This document shows, piece after piece, positions 1-5,440 of a stretch of 11,599 nt of DNA (positions within the stretch are counted from its first letter, which is position 1; each line of letters starts with the position of its first letter). Source of the DNA: Promethearchaeota archaeon. GTDB lineage: Archaea; Asgardarchaeota; Lokiarchaeia; Sigyniarchaeales; SOKP01. The notes below the pieces were generated by a model. It saw only the letters and a program-made list of their open reading frames with translations, was not told where the DNA came from and made no database searches. The stretch covers positions 6,840-18,438 of the forward strand of contig JBHLMQ010000058.1 of NCBI GenBank assembly GCA_048938005.1, in the 5' to 3' direction. The translations under genes were made by a program, and so were the position numbers.

Positions 1-576
1 GGTTTTATAAATAGTCAAGACTTAAGAGAAAAATTAGTTTATTATGTTAGGAAATTAAAAGCAGATCGAGTTGTAACTTTTGATCCATGGCTAAATTATG
101 AAGTACATCCTGACCATTTAACACTTGCACGAATGGCGGCAGAAGCAGCCGCATTTGCAGTATTTCCTTTGTTATATACAGAACAACTAAAAGAGGAATT
201 AGAACCATATGCATGTACCGATGTATGGTTCATGGGGCTTCTTGGTCATCAACCTAATCATTTTGTGGATATTTCCTCAACGCTAGAAAGAAAAGTTAAA
301 GCTGCTCTTAAATTTGAAGCGACATTAGAGCTTTTAGCTCAATTATTTACTCCTGATATAGATCCTGCAAATGTTTCTACAGATGAATTAAAGAGGCTTA
401 CAAAATATGCAAATAGATTATTGCGTTCCATTGCATCTACCATTTGGAAGAAAGTTAATTTAAAAGTATCAGAAGCATTTTTTGTTCAGAAAATTTTACC
501 TGGGCATTTTGATAATTTTCAACAATTAATGTCAGAAATGTTAGGAAATCCTTCTGAGCCTCCTAAAATTTATTAA
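1..576 (+). CDS. PIG-L/LmbE-family N-acetyl deacetylase, 5'-truncated by the window edge
   Basis: Frame 1 is open from base 1 (GFINSQDLREKLVYYVRKLKADRVVTFDPWLNYEVHPDHLTLARMAAEA...), so the ORF-track start at 133 is internal. It contains the family's HPDH metal/catalytic motif, the 'R++++VR+++xD+V+TFDP' segment and the C-terminal 'FVDIS..LERK..A' segment. Stop TAA at 574-576. Confidence 0.88.
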   Translation, partial: GFINSQDLREKLVYYVRKLKADRVVTFDPWLNYEVHPDHLTLARMAAEAAAFAVFPLLYTEQLKEELEPYACTDVWFMGLLGHQPNHFVDISSTLERKVKAALKFEATLELLAQLFTPDIDPANVSTDELKRLTKYANRLLRSIASTIWKKVNLKVSEAFFVQKILPGHFDNFQQLMSEMLGNPSEPPKIY

Positions 577-612
577 AAAAACATACAGTATCTCACAAAT
601 TAGCGAATTAGA

Positions 613-2097
613 TTATTTCAAAGGAAATTTTCCATGTTTTTGTAAGAATTCTCTATATAAATTAATTTTATCCAGAACCGCCCCAGTTAATTCAAGGCTC
701 TCGAATACAGGCACATTTCTATTCAAGAGCTTCAATTTAAATTTATATCGACTTTTATATTCCTCAAAACCTTCATTTATTTTTAACATAACACAGTACA
801 TTGGCTTTGTACAGATTCTTTTTGCTTTAGATATATATCTAATAAACTCTTTGTTTAGATCCATATCTTTAAATCCCATTTCCTCCAATAACTCTTGAAA
901 GCCTCCAAATCTTTCAGGATCTTTTATAAAAACAGTTGCTGAGATATTTGGATCATTATCTAACGCCAAGATGGTACGATAATAGATATTAGGTTGGATA
1001 CCAGCACTACCAAGATCAAGGGGGTTAGTGACATTTGTATTTACATCCGGTAAAAACCTTTTCATCTTATTGATTGTTCTTTCTGTTAAACTGGGTATTT
1101 TTAAGTTATATTTTTCAAGAATATCAATAGCTTCAATAGTAGATCCTCCCCCTATTCCAATGATGCCCACGTCTCGCGTATCTGGCAAATGAGTTAAATT
1201 AAATGCCGAAGCTAATGCGGTAAGTTCATTTGAATTGTTTACTATACAACTACCTGTTTGTTTTCCAACAGCCTTCCAAATTTCATTATTCCCAGCAAGA
1301 CCACCAGTATGAGATAAAATTGCTTTTTTTGTTGCTTCACCATATCCAGCCCTCCAGAGAATTACAGGTTTTCTATTTAAGTTACACTCTCTTACCATTT
1401 TCATAAATTGTCTACCCTGTTTTATTGTTCTTAAGTTTTCAATATATAAACCGATAATTTTTGTATAATCATCTTGAAGAAAGTATTCTAAAAATTCAAC
1501 TGGAGATAAATCTAACGCATTCCCGATTGATATAAATTTTGAGACGTAGAGCCCATAAGAAACAGCTAATTGTGCTAAATTTTGAGTAATACCACCAGAT
1601 TGAAAAATTCCTCCAAAATTTCCAGCTTTTTTGGATTGTTCATATGCATTATAGAGCCCCCCTCTTGGATTATAGACTCCTATACAATTGGGACCAATAA
1701 TTCTAATGCTATATTGTTGGGCAGTGCCTAGAAGCTCTTTCTCAAGGTCTTCATTTCCTACTTCACGAAATCCCGATGCAAAAACGGTGACAAAAGGCAC
1801 ACCTTTTTGACCTATTTCTTCCATTAGTTTAGGACATAATCGAGCTGGAACAGCTAAAATCACATAGTCTATTGGTTCAGATATTTCCAAAATAGAGCCA
1901 TATATTTTATATCCATATAAATCTTTCCCACTTAACCGGGGATTAAATAAATATATAGGCCCTCTAAATCTGTTTTTCATACATCGAAGAAAAAAACTTC
2001 CACTACCAGGATCGTGACTCACACCTATAATCCCTATAGCTCTGGGAAAGAATAATTTATCGAAATTAATTTCATCTGAATTACTCATAGCAGACAT
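613..2097 (-). CDS. ADP-forming acetate/acyl-CoA ligase alpha subunit (CoA-binding plus succinyl-CoA-ligase-like domains, no ATP-grasp domain)
   Basis: N-terminal CoA-binding Rossmann fold (FFPRAIGIIGVS...IDYVILAVP...SGFRE), GPNCIG motif, QSGG, SIGN, phospho-His loop SHTGGLAG, GGG and NPLDL. GAGGA (2109-2105) lies 7 nt before the ATG at 2097. Confidence 0.9.
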   Translation of the reverse strand: MSAMSNSDEINFDKLFFPRAIGIIGVSHDPGSGSFFLRCMKNRFRGPIYLFNPRLSGKDLYGYKIYGSILEISEPIDYVILAVPARLCPKLMEEIGQKGVPFVTVFASGFREVGNEDLEKELLGTAQQYSIRIIGPNCIGVYNPRGGLYNAYEQSKKAGNFGGIFQSGGITQNLAQLAVSYGLYVSKFISIGNALDLSPVEFLEYFLQDDYTKIIGLYIENLRTIKQGRQFMKMVRECNLNRKPVILWRAGYGEATKKAILSHTGGLAGNNEIWKAVGKQTGSCIVNNSNELTALASAFNLTHLPDTRDVGIIGIGGGSTIEAIDILEKYNLKIPSLTERTINKMKRFLPDVNTNVTNPLDLGSAGIQPNIYYRTILALDNDPNISATVFIKDPERFGGFQELLEEMGFKDMDLNKEFIRYISKAKRICTKPMYCVMLKINEGFEEYKSRYKFKLKLLNRNVPVFESLELTGAVLDKINLYREFLQKHGKFPLK

Positions 2098-2243
2098 AAG
2101 AATATCCTCGAAAAATAGATTGTAATATTAATAAGCTAAATTAATCTCGACTAAAATATTTTATTAAAGATATAAATAAATTGATTTTGGTTAATATTAA
2201 TCAGAAAAAATTAAAGAGATTAAATTAATATATCAAAGATTTG

Positions 2244-2969
2244 TTAGTTTAGAACTTTTTTTGCTTTCGAAATACTATTAACAATCATTCCATCAACACC
2301 CATTTCAATGTATCTTTTCATAGTTCTCATTGTATTAAGAGTGTAAACAAATATTTTTAAATCATGTTTATGAGAATAATGTACAAAATTATTATCTACA
2401 TTTTGATATCGAGTAACAATAAAGGGAAATCCTAACTCAATTATCTCTTGGATCATTTTTTTCCTTTTTTCCCATTCAGGTATATATTCCTCATTAAATG
2501 GTATAATCGCAGCTAACTTTAAATTAGGTTCAATACTCCTGACTTCTAATAATTCCTCAATATGAAACGATTGGATTATTGTAGTATCGATTATTTTTTT
2601 GCCCCTTAATAGATGTGTTACTTTATCAGCAATTCCTTTAGCTTTCAATTCACAAAGTAAATTAATTTTACCTTTAGTAAGATTTATTACTTCTTTTAAC
2701 TCTGGAATACTCTCCCCTTCTCCAACGTCTAAATTTTTTAATTCTTCTAATGTCATATTTTCTATGAATCCCTCATTTCCCATCCTTCTAAGTATATCAA
2801 TATCATGTATTACAACAAGTGCCTCATCTTGAGATGCATGTACATCAAATTCTATGTAATCAGCTCCTAATTCAATTGCCTTTTTAAATCCTTTTAATGT
2901 ATTTTCGGGAGCTGAATCATATGCCCCTCTATGACCAATTATTAAAGTTTGATTTCTTTTTTCATTCAA
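2244..2969 (-). CDS. Glycerophosphodiester phosphodiesterase (GDPD/UgpQ/GlpQ family), paralog 2
   Basis: GHRG, APENTL, IEFDV, HD, CELK and GVDG motifs. TTG start is supported by a GTGAT SD-like motif at 2980-2976, 6 nt upstream. Confidence 0.93.
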   Translation of the reverse strand: MNEKRNQTLIIGHRGAYDSAPENTLKGFKKAIELGADYIEFDVHASQDEALVVIHDIDILRRMGNEGFIENMTLEELKNLDVGEGESIPELKEVINLTKGKINLLCELKAKGIADKVTHLLRGKKIIDTTIIQSFHIEELLEVRSIEPNLKLAAIIPFNEEYIPEWEKRKKMIQEIIELGFPFIVTRYQNVDNNFVHYSHKHDLKIFVYTLNTMRTMKRYIEMGVDGMIVNSISKAKKVLN

Positions 2970-2990
2970 ACTAATATCACATAAAAATTC

Positions 2991-3725
2991 TTAGGTGTTT
3001 AACCTATTTAATACCTCTTTAACACTTGAAATATTATTAGTTATAATACCATCGACCCCTATCTTAACTAAGCTTAAAATTTGCTGTTGAGAATCAATTG
3101 TCCAAGGGAAAACCTTGAGGTTTTTATTGTGAGCTTTTTTTACAAATTTATTATTTACGAGCAAATATAATGGGTTAATTGCATAAAATTGATTTTGGAA
3201 TGCATTCTTTAGCATAGTTCTTCTTGAGAACCAACTTGTTATCCAGCCCGTTCGTGTAGGATTTAAAGACGCCAACTTTAATTGTGGTTCTAATTTTTGA
3301 ATTTTTAAAAGTTCACTGTGTTTAAATGAACTAATTATCGTTGAATCAATTAATTTTGCATCTCGGAAAATGTCTACTACTTTTTCAGCAACTCCTTTTG
3401 ATTTTATCTCGCAATTTAATCCTATTTTTCCTTTAGTGACTTCAATTAATTCATTTAAAGTGGGGATTTTTTCTCCTTGCCCACAATCTAACTGATTAAG
3501 TTCTTCTAATGTCATTTTCTCAATAAATCCTGCATGGCCCGTTGTTCTAAACGTATTAGCATCGTGCATTATAACCATTTCCCCATCTCTAGATTTATGC
3601 AAATCAAATTCTATATAATCAGCTTTCAATTCTATTGCTTTCTTAAATGCCTTTAATGTATTTTCAGGTGCTATATTGCTCGCTCCTCTGTGGGCAAATA
3701 TTAACACTTTTTCTTTATTATTCAT
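2991..3725 (-). CDS. Glycerophosphodiester phosphodiesterase (GDPD/UgpQ/GlpQ family), paralog 1
   Basis: AHRGAS, APENTL, IEFDL, SRDG, MHD, CEIK, SSF, WTID and GVDGIITN motifs. The 21-bp gap to paralog 2 suggests co-transcription. Confidence 0.95.
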   Translation of the reverse strand: MNNKEKVLIFAHRGASNIAPENTLKAFKKAIELKADYIEFDLHKSRDGEMVIMHDANTFRTTGHAGFIEKMTLEELNQLDCGQGEKIPTLNELIEVTKGKIGLNCEIKSKGVAEKVVDIFRDAKLIDSTIISSFKHSELLKIQKLEPQLKLASLNPTRTGWITSWFSRRTMLKNAFQNQFYAINPLYLLVNNKFVKKAHNKNLKVFPWTIDSQQQILSLVKIGVDGIITNNISSVKEVLNRLNT

Positions 3726-3820
3726 TTATTTAGTTGATTCTACTTTTTATCCCCTAATTAAGTTGTATAGTTAATATTAAATTTATTTTAATTATTTTTT
3801 TTTAGTTTTTATCATTCAAA

Positions 3821-3936
3821 TTTGGGAAAATATAATAAAACATGTTTTTGCTTAAATGAATATTTGATCACAAATTCTATGGATGTTCTTCAAAAATTCT
3901 TTTATGTGATCATCTAGTTTGGGAAAGTATTATTAA
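3821..3936 (+). promoter_or_regulatory. Duplicated BRE/TATA-like element (TTTGGGAAA-R-TAT-W-AT-W-AA) at 3821-3839 and 3918-3936
   Basis: The two copies match at 16/19 positions and are 97 bp apart. Each has a purine run followed by a TATA-like AT block. Function is inferred. Confidence 0.4.
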
Positions 3937-3962
3937 TGGTAAAACTAGAGGTTTATATATTT

Positions 3963-4072
3963 GAAATACGTAATAGTGTAACAAATTATATGAATTATAC
4001 GATAAGTTTAAATAGCTAGATAATTTTTTATACTTCTGATAAAGTTAAAAATACATAGGAAATACGTAATAG
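3963..4072. repeat. Perfect 14-bp direct repeat GAAATACGTAATAG (3963-3976 and 4059-4072), probable transcription-factor sites
   Basis: Exact match, 96 bp apart, with a palindromic TACGTA core. Copy 2 ends 9 nt upstream of TTTAAATA (4082-4089). Confidence 0.7.
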
Positions 4073-4081
4073 ACCAATAAA

Positions 4082-4122
4082 TTTAAATATTCGGAATTAT
4101 CAAAAAAAACAAACACAGGTGA
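4082..4122 (+). promoter_or_regulatory. Archaeal TATA box (TTTAAATA, 4082-4089) and ribosome-binding site (AGGTGA, 4117-4122) for the zinc-ribbon gene
   Basis: Consensus TTTAWATA preceded by A-rich CCAATAAA. AGGTGA is complementary to the archaeal 16S 3' end and lies 11 nt before ATG 4134. Confidence 0.6.
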
Positions 4123-4133
4123 ATCTAAAGATT

Positions 4134-4388
4134 ATGCGATTTTGCCCACATTGCGATAACATTTTAATCCCAAAGAATGGGAAATTATACTGTAAAGCAT
4201 GTGAAGAAGAGTTTGATTTAGATACTTCAAAACCAGAGGATTATACGATAAATAAATCAATCAGACATGATGAAAAAGAAAGCGCTCCAATTGTGGTAAA
4301 AGAAGGGTTAAAAGGCGAAAGAATTTCCGCTCAAGATCGAAAAGCTTTTGAAGAATTCTTTGGAAAGGCAGAATCAGATAATTTTTAG
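4134..4388 (+). CDS. RpoM/TFS (Rpb9/Rpa12/Rpc11)-like N-terminal zinc-ribbon protein lacking the C-terminal ribbon, 84 aa
   Basis: MRFCPHCDNILIP...LYCKAC matches the family's N-terminal M-x-FC-x-x-C-x-N-x-L-x-P...C-x-x-C pattern. The ORF-track GTG at 4119 is part of the SD, so ATG 4134 is preferred. There are no further cysteines. Confidence 0.8.
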   Translation: MRFCPHCDNILIPKNGKLYCKACEEEFDLDTSKPEDYTINKSIRHDEKESAPIVVKEGLKGERISAQDRKAFEEFFGKAESDNF

Positions 4389-4560
4389 AGTCCTTTTTAA
4401 AGGAAATATATTTAGCTTACTTATTCTTCCTTGATTTAATTGATTAAATTTTTGAGAATTCAAATTTTTTAAATTCTAAATTACTTTAGAAGTAATTAAA
4501 TTATAATTAGAAAAAATATTTCAAAATATAAATAAAAAACATTTCTAAAGATTGATTCAC

Positions 4561-4956
4561 ATGTCAGAAGAAAAAAAACCTAGATTACATGGCTTCGCTG
4601 GTATTTTATCCAAACAAGTAGAACCTTTAAATGAAATGGAAGCTTTTAAAGAAAAATTTAAAGATATTGAAGAGAAAATTCTTTTAAATGCAAAGGATGG
4701 AAAATGGGCAGGATTGTTAATAATAGATAAAGGTAAAATCTATGTAGAAGGCATTAAAAATGAACCAAAAGAAAATTTAAAAAAGAAAAATGCAGGGTGG
4801 GATGGTTTTTTAGAAACAACGACTCCTATCTTTTTACAGCTCTTTGGTAGCGATGAACTTACTACTGGTAAAGTTATTAAAAAGATCATAGCACGTAAAA
4901 TAAAAATTAAGGGAATTAAACACGTATTAGTTTTACTTAAGCTCTTTGATTTATAA
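4561..4956 (+). CDS. SCP2 (sterol carrier protein 2)-like lipid-binding domain protein, 131 aa
   Basis: Size and pattern fit SCP2: N-terminal helix, beta strands (KILLN, GLLIIDKGKIYVE), WDGFLETTTPIFLQL (D-x-x-l-x-x-x-x-x-x-F) and IIARKIKIKG...LLKLF (G-K-l-K-i-x-G-like). ATG 4561 is preferred over TTG 4552. Family assigned by eye. Confidence 0.65.
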   Translation: MSEEKKPRLHGFAGILSKQVEPLNEMEAFKEKFKDIEEKILLNAKDGKWAGLLIIDKGKIYVEGIKNEPKENLKKKNAGWDGFLETTTPIFLQLFGSDELTTGKVIKKIIARKIKIKGIKHVLVLLKLFDL

Positions 4957-5382
4957 TTTTAGTTTGAAGATATTTGCTAAGGATAACATTTCCTCCCGCA
5001 ATTTTTTATTATCTTCAATATTTTTTAATGATTTAATGATCACTTCTTTATCCTTTTCAGATATTTTGTCTTGGAATAATTCAAGGAATTCTCTAAAAAA
5101 AATGACCTTTTTGTAAGGTTTTTTTTGGATTTTAGTAATATAACTTTCAATTGCATACTCAAAAGAGGCTTCTCCATTTTTTTTACTTGAAATAATTTGA
5201 TCTTCAATCCCTATAAGCTCTTGTAATAAAGAATTATTATTAATTATATCCTTAGTTATTTCTTTTAGCATATCACTTCTCGATTGTATTGATAATTTTG
5301 AGATATATTCTTCCATTTCAGAATTTTTCGCTTCAATTGCTTTTATCATCTCGAGAATTTTTTCCTTATTTCCTCTTTCCAT
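4951..5382 (-). CDS. Hypothetical all-alpha protein, 143 aa (N-terminal helical hairpin/coiled coil, C-terminal helical bundle)
   Basis: Protein-like E/K/I/L-rich composition. It fills the gap between neighbours and has a minus-strand TTTAAAAA starting 30 nt upstream of the ATG. No family recognised. Confidence 0.8.
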   Translation of the reverse strand: MERGNKEKILEMIKAIEAKNSEMEEYISKLSIQSRSDMLKEITKDIINNNSLLQELIGIEDQIISSKKNGEASFEYAIESYITKIQKKPYKKVIFFREFLELFQDKISEKDKEVIIKSLKNIEDNKKLREEMLSLANIFKLKL

Positions 5383-5400
5383 GATATTAATAGTTTTGTC

Positions 5401-5416
5401 TAAATTTTTAAATTTA
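5401..5416. promoter_or_regulatory. Palindromic TATA-containing element in the 58-bp divergent gap
   Basis: TAAATTT-tt-AAATTTA (7-2-7 inverted repeat). It reads TTTAAATT on + (5407-5414) and TTTAAAAA on - (5412-5405). Confidence 0.45.
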
Positions 5417-5440
5417 ACTGAAAATAATTATTAAGTAGAA

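Noticed and set aside
133-576. ORF-track start at ATG 133
   Set aside because: The frame is open to base 1 and the HPDH motif lies upstream of this Met, so the gene begins outside the window.
2599-2832. 77-aa + strand ORF
   Set aside because: Antisense shadow inside a well-supported GDPD gene, with no motif.
2970-2993. The two GDPDs are in the same frame, separated by one TAA and seven sense codons (possible readthrough fusion)
   Set aside because: Same frame has a 1-in-3 chance, TAA is a strong stop, and paralog 2 has its own SD-like motif and start.
2191-3780. TTAATATTAA palindrome upstream of both the ACD gene (2191-2200) and the GDPD pair (3771-3780)
   Set aside because: It is a pure A/T 10-mer in very AT-rich intergenic DNA at different distances from the starts, and cannot be separated from chance or from TATA elements.
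3726-4133. CRISPR remnant, replication origin or tRNA in the long intergenic region
   Set aside because: The repeats are too short and too few, and 96-97 bp spacing does not fit CRISPR. There is no ORB consensus or cdc6/orc1 neighbour, and no GC-rich cloverleaf.
4119-4133. GTG start at 4119 for the zinc-ribbon gene
   Set aside because: The GTG is part of the AGGTGA SD, and family members begin M-x-F-C, matching ATG 4134.
4391-4404. TCCTTT-tt-AAAGGA mini-hairpin after the zinc-ribbon gene
   Set aside because: Too short and weak to call a terminator.
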